NCBI GenBank assembly: GCA_900318155.1
Contig: ONJN01000082.1
Coordinates: 1-45,983, forward strand
DNA from: an uncultured Eubacteriales bacterium
Lineage (GTDB): Bacteria; Bacillota; Clostridia; Peptostreptococcales; Anaerovoracaceae
Direction of reading: 5' to 3'
Length of the DNA stretch: 45,983 nucleotides
This document shows, piece by piece, positions 1 through 10,901 of this stretch (positions are counted from its first letter, which is position 1; every line of letters starts with the position of its first letter). The notes under the pieces were generated by a model. The model saw only the letters and a list, made by a program, of their open reading frames with translations, made no database searches and was not told the DNA's origin. Position numbers and translations under genes: made by a program.

Positions 1-198
1 CAGATACCCCTGTCTTCTCAGCACATTATACTTAGGTTCCACACCCATGTACGGATTATCCGCCAGTGACATGATCGACTTTTCCAGATAATCAAGTTTA
101 TCAAGGGCTGTATCGTTACCAAAATTCTCCGCTGCAACGAGGACGATCCTTCTGAGCAAAGAGTCGGCCGTGTCCGTTATTTTTATTTTGTACTTCAA
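1..198 (-). CDS. RelE/ParE-family type II toxin (3' end runs off the window)
   Basis: Not in ORF track. Translated by hand from a TTG overlapping the antitoxin stop (TTGA), with GGAGG upstream: MKYKIKITDTADSLLRRIVLVAAENFGNDTALDKLDYLEKSIMSLADNPYMGVEPKYNVLRRQGYL. The 'YKIKIT..A' and 'L.DNPYMG' pattern is typical of RelE/ParE. Confidence 0.8.
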   Translation of the reverse strand, partial: MKYKIKITDTADSLLRRIVLVAAENFGNDTALDKLDYLEKSIMSLADNPYMGVEPKYNVLRRQGYL

Positions 199-479
199 TC
201 CCTGTCCTCCGTCAGCATACTTCTCAGATCATCGAAGGTGTCTTTGATCGGGGCAACTCTTCCGTATTTTACATCTTCGTCTGCTTCAGCCAGGATTTCC
301 AGAATTTCTATACGAGCTTTCATTCTTTTATATTCTTCATAACTAATAGAAACTGTATCGCCTCTGCCGTTAACCGTAATAATAACAGCCTCATTATTCT
401 CACGGCACTGTCGGGATACTTCGTTATAATGGTTTCTAAGATCAGCGGATGGTCTTATTGTTTCCCGTAATGAAAACAT
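195..479 (-). CDS. Phd/YefM-family antitoxin
   Basis: IRPSADLRNHYNEVSRQC..EAVIITVNGRGDTVSISYEEY is a Phd/YefM-like N-terminus. ATG at 479 follows AAGGAGGTG. Directly upstream of a RelE/ParE toxin. Confidence 0.85.
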   Translation of the reverse strand: MFSLRETIRPSADLRNHYNEVSRQCRENNEAVIITVNGRGDTVSISYEEYKRMKARIEILEILAEADEDVKYGRVAPIKDTFDDLRSMLTEDRD

Positions 480-494
480 TAATATCACCTCCTT

Positions 495-534
495 GATATA
501 GACATATTATATCTCGTAACGTCTATATCTTCAA
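495..534 (-). promoter_or_regulatory. SigA promoter of the TA operon with overlapping inverted-repeat operator
   Basis: TTGAAG(534-529)-17 bp-TATAAT(511-506). Perfect 9-bp inverted repeat GATATAGAC(495-503)/GTCTATATC(521-529) flanks the -10. Confidence 0.7.
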
Positions 535-656
535 GGGCGTTATAAACAAATTATCCAGACTCATCTGTAGATACAGCCAGCCTGGAAAATTGTGCATTAT
601 TCTTGCGGACAGGCAACCCCGGCGATAATCAGTCAAAAGTCTCCGGCTTTAACAAT

Positions 657-688
657 TCAGCCTGTGAGCTTTAACACTCACAGGCTGA
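657..688 (-). terminator. Hairpin/terminator after the large surface protein gene
   Basis: 12-bp stem TCAGCCTGTGAG/CTCACAGGCTGA just downstream of the stop; weak U tract. Confidence 0.6.
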
Positions 689-696
689 TATCCGCA

Positions 697-730
697 ATAT
701 TATTTGACCTTGATATTATTTGACCTTGAT
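697..730. repeat. 16-bp tandem duplication spanning a stop codon
   Basis: ATATTATTTGACCTTG at 697-712 and 713-728, followed by AT. Confidence 0.85.
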
Positions 731-3700
731 CGTGACAGACACCGTCTTCACGGCCGACGCTTTATAGTTTGCGTTGCCCGCGGCTTTGACTTTGATCTTC
801 ACTTTATAGGTATCTTTCTTGATGCCTTTCTTCAGGGTCACTTTTCCGGTGGTCTTGTTGATGGTGATTTTCGCGCTGCCGGATGCCTTCGTATAGGTCA
901 TCGTACCCTGACCTTTCTTCGTAAAGGCGATCACCTTTGAAACTGCCAGCGTCTGGGCTTTTTTCTTAACGGCACTGTATTTGACCGCCGCCGTCTTCGC
1001 TTTGACCATCAGCGGATTGGCCGCTTTGCTGATTGTCCATTTAACCGTCTTATTCCCCGTCGCGCCGTCTGTCCAGGTGTAATTTGCTTTGTCCTTCAGC
1101 GAAAACACAGCCTTGTAGGAACCGGCATTCAATGCCTTGTTTCCGGTTACTGTATAGTTCGCACCTGCCGCTGCGCCGGTCTGCGTTTTGCCGTTATAGG
1201 TCAGTGTCCTGCCTGCCGGAACTTTGACTGTCGCCGGTACAATCGAATAACTGGCATTTGTTTTTCCAGTATAATCGCCTTTTCCCGTTATCGTTACGGA
1301 ATATTTCCCGACTTTTTCAGATGACGCGTTCGACCAGACTGCGGTGTAGTCGGTTCCCTCAGCAAGAGACTTGCCGTCAATGGTTTTGATCGTCGGCTTC
1401 CGGACTTTGCCATTGTAGGTGAACGAAGCTCCGGAGAGAACGACTTTTTTGCCCTGCAGGTCGTACTTTTTGGAGATGATCACGTTGTCATCCGGCATCA
1501 CGAGCTGATAAGCCGTGCCGGAGCCGGTGAGTGTACCCGCACTTGCCGCGTACTTTCTGCCTTCTGCAGAAGGATCCGCCATCGTAAGGGCTATAGTCTC
1601 ATTGGCGCCCGCATAGAACACTCCTCCGTATTTCAAGCCTGTGTCATATGCCGTGATGCCGCTAAGCGAATATTCCGTACCATCACCAAAACCGATCGCG
1701 AGTCCTCCGGCTCCTGTGACTGATCGAGCCTGCTTGCCCTTGTCACGCCCCTGACCGATAGGTTTTGTATAATAGCTGTTGTCAGCAACATCCGACGTGC
1801 GTACAAAAGTAGAAGAATTACCCCCGGTTATCATCGTTCCGTCATAGACGCAGTCCTTCACTTCACTGAGGATGCCGCCGTCCCAGCCGATGAAACCGGC
1901 AGAATAAAGGGAATTCGGACCGTTGATGGTGCCTGTGAAAGCGCAGCCGCTGATGTCGACATGGCCGCCTGCTGTAACATTGCCCACAAACCCGGTATGA
2001 GTGTTCCCGGCTGACGCTTCAATGTCCACATCACTGACACAGTTCGTGATCACACAGGTTCCCGACACACAGCCGGCAAGGCCCGAAGCATTGTTCTTAT
2101 TTGTACTGATGGTCCCCGCGATACACAGATTCCTGAACGTGGCTGAACTGACATAACTGAAAGGAGCACAATAGTCCGCCGCAGCCGCAGCATTGAATGT
2201 CAGCGTATAGCCTGCTCCGTCAAATGTGCCGCTGAACGGCCGGGCACTCGTTCCGGCCATCGATGAAACCCCGATGTCTTTGCCCAGCGCAAAATACAGG
2301 TCTTTTGTGGATCCTTCCGGAGTACCGCTTACAAGCTGACAAAGATCGTTCCATCCGTCAGTATCCGATATCACGAACGGTTTATCTTTCGTGCCCTCAC
2401 CTGTCCAGTGTTCACCATATTGCTCTTTAACGCTCTTAAACACAGCGGTTACCGTCATAGGGCCGCTGCATGTGAATTCATGCGTCGGATCCGTGCTCAC
2501 GATTGATTCGCCGACTTTCCAGCCTGAGAACAGCCAGCCGGAGTTCGCTTCTGCTTTTGCGGTAAATTTGTGTCCGTCTTCGAATTTTCCGCTGCCGCTG
2601 AAAGAGGACGGTTCTACGATCGTGACCCGGCCGTGCGCCGCATCATCAGGGTTGACCGCAACATCATACTTCCATCTTGCGTAGAGTGTTTCGTTCGCAG
2701 TCACTCTGTAAGTGCCCGTAAGCACCGGTCCGTCCGCGGTCTTAGACCACCCCATGAACTCTGCCCCCGCAGGGGTGTTCGACGGGCTGATACTGCTTAA
2801 ATCGACTTCCTGATTGTATAAAAAACTCTCCTGCCTGGTTGAACCTGACGGATAATTGTCGATAAACGTTATTTTTGGCGAACCTTTCTTATACAGCGTC
2901 AGCTTTTCAAAGTCGGCGTATTTTACTGCATTTGCCGCAGCAGATTTATATTCATACATTTTGTTGCTGTTGAATACGCCCAGCGTCGCGGTACTTTCTG
3001 TTTCTTCCGGATAATAAAGGCTGCTGTTAAGCGCTGAATACTGATAGGCACTGTTCGGGTCATCAACGCGATAATGCGCCCAGAATTTCGGATCGTGCAG
3101 CTCCATCGCGGCACACCATTTATAACCTGAATGCTGCTTGTTGCTGGCGTTGACTCCCTGAAGAACGACCTTCAGGCTGCTTTCAGTCAGATTAGCCCAG
3201 TTAGCCGCATAATCTCTGTCTGCCCCGAATCCCTGATCATAAATACCCATGTTCTGATGGGTGTTGTAGACATACTTGGCAAGCCAGACCAGTTCAGCAT
3301 ATTCTCCGCAGGTACTGTACGCTATATGAGGGTGATACAAAGCACCATTCTCCATGTAACTCTCGCCCACGGTATTTATAAACCCCCAGCTGTCGCCGAA
3401 ACAGTCGCAGGATGGTGTTGAGTAACGCGCATAAAACTCTTTATTATCCGAGTCCCAATACCAGATGCATTCACTATCTGACAGATATACAAAGGGCTGC
3501 GTCGGATAGACGGTGAAGTCAAAACTAATCTCATGATAAGTGCCCTGCACGTAGCCGAGCGAGGACCACCCGAAAGCGCTGGTCGGTATCTCACGCTGCA
3601 GATCCTGCTTGATGTTAAGATACTGCCCCCATCTGACATTCTTTATGGTATAACCCTGATTCCCGTTATCGGTCGTTCCTTCCTTCTTAGTGACCACAAA

Positions 3701-4081
3701 CTGATAATCACTGTCAGCACCCCATATTACGTTGTCAGGATCTATGGACGAAAAAGGCGCTTCACAAGACTCCGTTACCTGGAAGTAAGACTGGGTTCCG
3801 TAGGCATTGATTCTGGGTTTTTCTCCGGACGCGCCCAGCAGTCTCTTCTTTGGTGGATCACTGAGGCTGCTGCTATTTGTGATATTTGCCATAAACAAAT
3901 AGGTCGCTCCGGATTCGATCTGCTCGGAAGCCGGCAGCTGGCTGATATCAACATACTCCGTGTGCGACAGAGCCTTTTGACCATCCTTCGCACAGACCGG
4001 CAAAGCCGTTACCGGTATCATGGCAAACGCCATCAACACGGCTGCGAGAGCCGTTACTATCTTTGACCGTTTCATAATCAT
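716..4081 (-). CDS. Large secreted/cell-surface multidomain protein (InlB B-repeat-like domains, GLUG-like/beta-helical region, Ig-like repeats, Lys-rich C-terminal domain)
   Basis: Signal peptide MKRSKIVTALAAVLMAFAMIPVTALPVCA. 'FMGWS..TLYARW' and 'AEANSGWLFSGWK..TVTAVF' are B-repeat-like; 'GEGTKDKPFVI..PFSGTFDGAGYTL' is GLUG-associated; 'YNGK..GTDYT' repeats follow. GGAGG at 4091-4087 favours a start at 4081 or 4075. Confidence 0.75.
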   Translation of the reverse strand: MIMKRSKIVTALAAVLMAFAMIPVTALPVCAKDGQKALSHTEYVDISQLPASEQIESGATYLFMANITNSSSLSDPPKKRLLGASGEKPRINAYGTQSYFQVTESCEAPFSSIDPDNVIWGADSDYQFVVTKKEGTTDNGNQGYTIKNVRWGQYLNIKQDLQREIPTSAFGWSSLGYVQGTYHEISFDFTVYPTQPFVYLSDSECIWYWDSDNKEFYARYSTPSCDCFGDSWGFINTVGESYMENGALYHPHIAYSTCGEYAELVWLAKYVYNTHQNMGIYDQGFGADRDYAANWANLTESSLKVVLQGVNASNKQHSGYKWCAAMELHDPKFWAHYRVDDPNSAYQYSALNSSLYYPEETESTATLGVFNSNKMYEYKSAAANAVKYADFEKLTLYKKGSPKITFIDNYPSGSTRQESFLYNQEVDLSSISPSNTPAGAEFMGWSKTADGPVLTGTYRVTANETLYARWKYDVAVNPDDAAHGRVTIVEPSSFSGSGKFEDGHKFTAKAEANSGWLFSGWKVGESIVSTDPTHEFTCSGPMTVTAVFKSVKEQYGEHWTGEGTKDKPFVISDTDGWNDLCQLVSGTPEGSTKDLYFALGKDIGVSSMAGTSARPFSGTFDGAGYTLTFNAAAAADYCAPFSYVSSATFRNLCIAGTISTNKNNASGLAGCVSGTCVITNCVSDVDIEASAGNTHTGFVGNVTAGGHVDISGCAFTGTINGPNSLYSAGFIGWDGGILSEVKDCVYDGTMITGGNSSTFVRTSDVADNSYYTKPIGQGRDKGKQARSVTGAGGLAIGFGDGTEYSLSGITAYDTGLKYGGVFYAGANETIALTMADPSAEGRKYAASAGTLTGSGTAYQLVMPDDNVIISKKYDLQGKKVVLSGASFTYNGKVRKPTIKTIDGKSLAEGTDYTAVWSNASSEKVGKYSVTITGKGDYTGKTNASYSIVPATVKVPAGRTLTYNGKTQTGAAAGANYTVTGNKALNAGSYKAVFSLKDKANYTWTDGATGNKTVKWTISKAANPLMVKAKTAAVKYSAVKKKAQTLAVSKVIAFTKKGQGTMTYTKASGSAKITINKTTGKVTLKKGIKKDTYKVKIKVKAAGNANYKASAVKTVSVTIKVK

Positions 4082-4410
4082 TTGTTCCTCCATGAATTCA
4101 AGGCAGTGTCAGGCCTGCCGCTACACTATTATCCCAAACTATCCTAAACCTCATCAAGTCTAAGAGCTCCTGCTTTTTCTGCAATAAAAACAGCAGGCAA
4201 CAAAACCACAATGGCTGTCCAATATGCAACAGATATCTTCTTAATAGTCTGTCTTATTACACTTGCCTTACAATTATCATGCCTTATTATTAGCAATCTG
4301 TCAACGTAATTAATGTCTGCTGCCGCTTAATAAATGACTTATTTGGCAATAACGGACAAACATTCCGAGAACATTCATTGACAAAACAAGGCCACAGACT
4401 TCTTTTAAAA

Positions 4411-4450
4411 CAAAAGAGACCCCAGGAAAGATTTCTCTCCTGAAGTCTCT
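4411..4450 (-). terminator. Rho-independent terminator of guaB-guaA
   Basis: Minus strand AGAGACTTCAGGA..TCCTGGGGTCTCT followed by TTTG. Confidence 0.7.
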
Positions 4451-4555
4451 GATTTATATGTCCGATTTGATGTCAGTCAGGCTGTTATTCTTTGCCTCTG
4501 AGGATAATCGGGTTTTCTTGCGGAACAATCGGGTCTGCCCGTTAAAAAAAATACA

Positions 4556-6097
4556 CTATTCCATCTCGATCGTTCCGGGCGGCTTGCTCGTCAGATCATA
4601 CAGCACCCGGTTGACCCCGTCCACCTCATTCACAATGCGGTTCATGATCTTCTGCTGCACATCCCAAGGGATCTCTGCCGCTTCCGCCGTCATAAAGTCG
4701 GACGTTTTTACCGCCCGCAGCATGACTGCATAATCATAGGTCCTGAAGTCGCCCATGACGCCGACAGAACGCATATTGGAAAGCGCCGCGAAGTACTGAT
4801 TCAGTTCCCTATCCAGTCCGGCATTCGCGATCTCTTCACGGTAAATCGCGTCAGCTTCCTGCACGATCCGCACCTTCTCCGGCGTAACAGCGCCGATGAT
4901 GCGGATGCCTAGTCCCGGCCCCGGGAACGGTTGCCTGTACACCAGCTCCTCCGGAATCCCCAGCTCCAGCCCGGCTGCGCGCACCTCGTCCTTGAACAGC
5001 ATGCGCAGCGGCTCGATGATCTCCTTGAAATCGACGTGATCCGGCAGCCCTCCGACATTATGATGCGATTTGATCACCGCTGAATCCCCCAGGCCGCTTT
5101 CAATCACATCCGGATAGATCGTTCCCTGAACCAGATAATCGACCGCGCCGATTTTTTTCGCCTCTTCTTCAAACACGCGTATAAACTCTTCGCCGATAAT
5201 TTTCCGCTTCTCTTCCGGTTCGGCAACACCCTCCAGCTTCGCGTAAAACCGCTCATGCGCGTCGACATGGACAAAATTCAGATCATACGGTCCATCCGGC
5301 CCGAATACCCGGTCAACGCCGTCCGCCTCGCCCTTTCGGAGCAGTCCGTGGTCGACAAAGACACAGGTCAGCTGCCGTCCGATCGCCTTTGACATCAATA
5401 CGGCCGCGACAGAAGAATCCACTCCGCCTGACAAAGCGCACAGCGCTTTTCCGGATCCGACTTTTTTCCGTATCTCCCTGATAGTCTGCTCGACAAAATC
5501 ATCCATTTTCCAGCTGCCGCTGCACCCGCACGGTCCTTTGACAAAGGCCGACAGGATCTTACCACCTTCTTCGGTGTGCGTGACCTCCGGGTGAAACTGT
5601 ACTGCGTAAAACTCGCGTCCGTCATCCTCTATGGCTGCGGCCGGGCAGACATCCGTTTTCGCGGTGACGATGAAACCGGCCGGCGGCTCAGATATATAAT
5701 CGGTATGACTCATCCAGCCGACTGTATTCTCGGAAACACTCCCGAAAAGCCTTCCGTTTCGGCTGATCTGTATGTCAGTTCTCCCGTACTCGCTGACCGG
5801 CGCCGTCTCCACGCGGCCGCCCAGCATCCATGCCATCAGCTGCGCGCCGTAGCAGATCCCTAGAACTGGTATGCCCAGCTCAAACAATGCTTTGTCGCAG
5901 TGCGGGGAGGCCGGATCGTATACACTGTTCGGCCCGCCCGTTAAAATGATGCCTTTTGGCGCCATCTCTTTTATTTTATCGATTGAAAGCGTACAGGGAT
6001 GGACTTCGCAGTAAACGTTCGCCTCGCGGACACGCCGCGCGATCAGCTGGTTATACTGTCCGCCGAAGTCCAGTACGATGATCATCTCTTTCTCCAT
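4556..6097 (-). CDS. guaA: GMP synthase (glutamine-hydrolysing)
   Basis: [47 protein letters not shown]. True start MEKEM at 6097; the ORF-track extension overlaps guaB. Confidence 0.97.
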   Translation of the reverse strand: MEKEMIIVLDFGGQYNQLIARRVREANVYCEVHPCTLSIDKIKEMAPKGIILTGGPNSVYDPASPHCDKALFELGIPVLGICYGAQLMAWMLGGRVETAPVSEYGRTDIQISRNGRLFGSVSENTVGWMSHTDYISEPPAGFIVTAKTDVCPAAAIEDDGREFYAVQFHPEVTHTEEGGKILSAFVKGPCGCSGSWKMDDFVEQTIREIRKKVGSGKALCALSGGVDSSVAAVLMSKAIGRQLTCVFVDHGLLRKGEADGVDRVFGPDGPYDLNFVHVDAHERFYAKLEGVAEPEEKRKIIGEEFIRVFEEEAKKIGAVDYLVQGTIYPDVIESGLGDSAVIKSHHNVGGLPDHVDFKEIIEPLRMLFKDEVRAAGLELGIPEELVYRQPFPGPGLGIRIIGAVTPEKVRIVQEADAIYREEIANAGLDRELNQYFAALSNMRSVGVMGDFRTYDYAVMLRAVKTSDFMTAEAAEIPWDVQQKIMNRIVNEVDGVNRVLYDLTSKPPGTIEME

Positions 6098-6111
6098 AGT
6101 CTTATAATCCC

Positions 6112-7623
6112 TTATCTCATCGCATTCTGCGTCGAATCGCGGAGAATGACGTCGTGCGCGCCGCCCTCTACGATCGAAGTCGCGGATACCAGTGTCAGTT
6201 TGGCGTTTTTCTGCAGATCCGGAATGGAAGTGACGCCACAGTTGCACATCGTAGCCTTTACTTTGCCCAGGGACATCGCTACGTTGTCACGGAGCCTTCC
6301 CGCGTACGGAACGTAGGAATCAACGCCTTCTTCAAACTTCATAGCCGTCGTTTCTCCGCCGAGATCGTAACGCTGCCAGTTTCTCGCGCGGTTGGAGCCC
6401 TCGCCCCAGTATTCTTTGACATAGTTTCCGTTGACAACCAGTCTGGCGGAAGGAGATTCGTCAAAGCGCGCAAAATATCTGCCCAGCATGATAAAGTCGG
6501 CGCCCATCGCCAGTGCCAGCGTCATATGGTAATCATACACGATCCCGCCATCGGAACAGATCGGAATGTATACGCCGGTCTCCTCAAAATACTCGTCACG
6601 GGCTCGCGCAACGTCGATAACCGCCGTCGCCTGTCCGCGTCCGATGCCCTTCTGTTCTCTCGTTATACAGATCGAGCCGCCGCCGATCCCGATTTTGACA
6701 AAGTCCGCCCCGGCTTCAGCCAGGAATCTGAATCCTTCCGCGTCAACGACATTGCCTGCCCCGATCTTGATGTCGTCGCCGTAATTATCTCTGACCCATT
6801 TCAGCGTCTGCTCCTGCCAGCAGGAATAGCCCTCGGAGGAATCAATGCACAAAACGTCCGCGCCCGCTTCAATCAGCGCCGGGATACGTTCCTTATAGTC
6901 TCTCGTGTTGACGGCTGCGCCGACCAGGTAACTCTTGTGCTCGTCCAGAAGCTCGTTCGGGTTGGATTTATGATTATCATAGTCTTTTCTGAATACAAAA
7001 TACGCAAGCCTCTGGTCATCTGTAATAACCGGGAGCGCGTTCAGTTTGTTATCCCAGAGAATGTCATTGGCTTCGCTCAGCGTAAGTCCGTCCTTCGCGA
7101 CAACCAGTTTTTCAAACGGCGTCATGAACTCGCTGATCTTTGTCGACGGATCCATACGGCTGACTCTGTAGTCTCTGCTTGTGACCATGCCGAGGATTTT
7201 TCCGTCTGCTGTTCCGTCGTCCGTGATCGCGATCGTGGAATGACCGCTGTACTTCTTCAGATTCAGTACGTCCTGAAGTGTCTGATCCGGGCGCAGATTG
7301 CTGTCGCTTCTGACAAAGCCGGCCTTGTATTCCTTTGCCTTTTTAACCATCTCCGCTTCATTCTCGATGGTCTGAGAACAGTAAATAAAAGAAATCCCGC
7401 CTTCCCTGGCCAGTGCAACGGCCATATTGTTATCAGATACAGCCTGCATACAAGCCGAAACGAGCGGTATATTCGCAATAATAGCCGGTTTTTCACCTTT
7501 TTTGAATTTAACGATCGGTGTCTTAAGCGAAACATTCTCCATCATACAGTCTTCCGAAGTATATCCCGGAATCAGCAGATATTCATTGAATGTTCTCGAC
7601 GGTTCTGAAAAGAAATGCGCCAT
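6112..7623 (-). CDS. guaB: IMP dehydrogenase with CBS domains
   Basis: Catalytic loop [29 protein letters not shown]; adjacent to guaA. Confidence 0.96.
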   Translation of the reverse strand: MAHFFSEPSRTFNEYLLIPGYTSEDCMMENVSLKTPIVKFKKGEKPAIIANIPLVSACMQAVSDNNMAVALAREGGISFIYCSQTIENEAEMVKKAKEYKAGFVRSDSNLRPDQTLQDVLNLKKYSGHSTIAITDDGTADGKILGMVTSRDYRVSRMDPSTKISEFMTPFEKLVVAKDGLTLSEANDILWDNKLNALPVITDDQRLAYFVFRKDYDNHKSNPNELLDEHKSYLVGAAVNTRDYKERIPALIEAGADVLCIDSSEGYSCWQEQTLKWVRDNYGDDIKIGAGNVVDAEGFRFLAEAGADFVKIGIGGGSICITREQKGIGRGQATAVIDVARARDEYFEETGVYIPICSDGGIVYDYHMTLALAMGADFIMLGRYFARFDESPSARLVVNGNYVKEYWGEGSNRARNWQRYDLGGETTAMKFEEGVDSYVPYAGRLRDNVAMSLGKVKATMCNCGVTSIPDLQKNAKLTLVSATSIVEGGAHDVILRDSTQNAMR

Positions 7624-7796
7624 TTTACCCTCCTCGAGTTTTTTGAAACAGTCAGTATTAAATAAAACAAAGCTTCCGGCATGCCCGGCAGAGACACGGC
7701 GAATGTCTGCAGCGGATACCCGGCGCTTAAACCAGTATTTTAGTGATTTTTAATATAATATAATAATTAAACAAATCAATCAAGTATTAAAAATAC

Positions 7797-7826
7797 AAAA
7801 AGGATGCTGCCGAAACAGCATCCCGT
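7797..7826 (-). terminator. Terminator of groESL
   Basis: Plus strand GGATGCTG..CAGCATCC stem preceded by an A run (U tract on minus). Confidence 0.75.
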
Positions 7827-7866
7827 TTATATGAGTTTTAATTCAATTGTTTCCTGAGCGTCCGAT

Positions 7867-9516
<1,650 letters not shown>

Positions 9517-9798
9517 TTATTCTAAAACTGCCAGAAGATCAGACTGCTTCATGATTACATAATCTACGCCTTCGAATTCGACATTTGTGCTGCTTGCATA
9601 AGGTGAATAAATAACCTTTTCACCAACAGTGACAACCATCGGCTCTTTATCCGTTCCCGGACCCGCCGCCACGATCTCGCCTACGTTCGTCGGTGCCTTG
9701 GCTGCGGATGCGAGGATAATCCCACCTTCAGTCTTTTCTTCCGCTTCAATCTTTTTAAGAACGACTTTAGTTCCCAAAGGTTTAATACCAAAACTCAT
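9517..9798 (-). CDS. groES: Co-chaperonin GroES
   Basis: IKPLG, EEKTEGGIIL, DLLAV; upstream of groEL. Confidence 0.97.
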   Translation of the reverse strand: MSFGIKPLGTKVVLKKIEAEEKTEGGIILASAAKAPTNVGEIVAAGPGTDKEPMVVTVGEKVIYSPYASSTNVEFEGVDYVIMKQSDLLAVLE

Positions 9799-9861
9799 AA
9801 TGTCTACCTCCTGTTGACTAATTACGATATGTATATGTGTAATTGCATTTTCGCTCTTCTG

Positions 9862-9888
9862 TTAGCACTCACTTTTCTCGAGTGCTAA
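9862..9888. promoter_or_regulatory. CIRCE element (HrcA operator)
   Basis: Exact TTAGCACTC-N9-GAGTGCTAA upstream of groES. Confidence 0.98.
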
Positions 9889-9899
9889 CCACAATTCAT

Positions 9900-9928
9900 A
9901 TTTTAGGTCTTTTGTCTTTACATGTCAA
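9900..9928 (-). promoter_or_regulatory. SigA promoter of groESL
   Basis: TTGACA(9928-9923)-17 bp-TAAAAT(9905-9900) just upstream of CIRCE. Confidence 0.85.
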
Positions 9929-9963
9929 CAACTTTTTGAATTTTTTTCAACAAAAACATACGC

Positions 9964-10821
9964 TCAATACGGTGCCGCAGAATGCGTATCCGCAGTCGCG
10001 GCCGGCGCCTGTGTGACGATCGCATTGATCTTAATATTGACTTCAACAACATTGAACGCTGTCATCTTCGAGACCATTGCCGCAAACGCCTTCTGAAAAG
10101 CCGCGGCATTATCCCAGATTGCCGGACTTCTCACCGCCTTAATCTGGACCATCAGCACCAGAGCTTCAGACGACATATTTTCATAAACTTTGTCGACCGC
10201 AGCGATCCCCGCGCATTCCCCGGCGACACACCGGGCGATATCCGTGATCACATTTTCGGATATGAAAAAGTCACCCAGATAACTATACGTCGGACGCACA
10301 ACAGTTTTTTCCCGGTCGAACCCGCCGCCGAAAAGGGATTTGCCGCGGAATATGCGGAGCGGATCCAGGAAGTAACCGGAGAAAGCGCGTTTCAGCTGCA
10401 TGGTTGGTACGGGGATAACGTGCTTGCCCTGGCTTTTTCTGACTTTCATAGCGGTCCGGATCTGCTCCGGCGTGGCAATGTCTTCGATATGGATTCTTTT
10501 GCTGACCGGCGGGAGTTCCAGTTGCCCGGCGATTTTATCAGCCATCGCATCCGACGTCCCCAGGATAAGGATTTTTTCCGGGTGAAGTTCCCGGATTCGC
10601 CGCGTGACTTCCGTGCGGTGTTCTTCCCGTGTAAAAACAGCGGTCCGGAGTGCGCCGACCTTTGTCTTTTCTCTTTTAGCCGAATGACCGGCCTCAACTT
10701 TTTCATTATATATAAAGAGTCCGTCGTCAACAATCGCGTTGATTTTCAGCTCATCACAAAGATTCAAAGCCTGAAAGCTTTTCCCTGTTCCACTTACGCC
10801 GGTTAATGAATAAACTTTCAT
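9964..10821 (-). CDS. P-loop NTPase-like protein with C-terminal Asp23/Gls24-like domain
   Basis: Walker A GVSGTGKS at the N-terminus; C-terminal 'ISENVITDIA..MTAFNVVEVNIKI' resembles Asp23/Gls24. Confidence 0.7.
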   Translation of the reverse strand: MKVYSLTGVSGTGKSFQALNLCDELKINAIVDDGLFIYNEKVEAGHSAKREKTKVGALRTAVFTREEHRTEVTRRIRELHPEKILILGTSDAMADKIAGQLELPPVSKRIHIEDIATPEQIRTAMKVRKSQGKHVIPVPTMQLKRAFSGYFLDPLRIFRGKSLFGGGFDREKTVVRPTYSYLGDFFISENVITDIARCVAGECAGIAAVDKVYENMSSEALVLMVQIKAVRSPAIWDNAAAFQKAFAAMVSKMTAFNVVEVNIKINAIVTQAPAATADTHSAAPY

Positions 10822-10853
10822 CTTTACTTAATAAATCCTTTCTGATATAATGT

Positions 10854-10871
10854 TTGTCATAAAGATAACAA
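10854..10871. promoter_or_regulatory. Candidate Rex operator
   Basis: TTGTCATAAAGATAACAA versus Rex consensus TTGT(G/T)AA-N4-TT(C/A)ACAA; immediately after an extended -10 (TGATATAAT 10843-10851); rex gene is next door. Confidence 0.55.
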
Positions 10872-10901
10872 TTCTAATATCATTCTATAAGGAGGTAAAC
10901 T

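Noticed and set aside
6098-6247. N-terminal extension of guaA in the ORF track
   Set aside because: Overlaps the guaB 3' end; homology starts at [13 protein letters not shown].
6154-7608. 484-aa plus-strand ORF
   Set aside because: Antisense shadow of guaB with no protein-like motifs; expected from codon bias.
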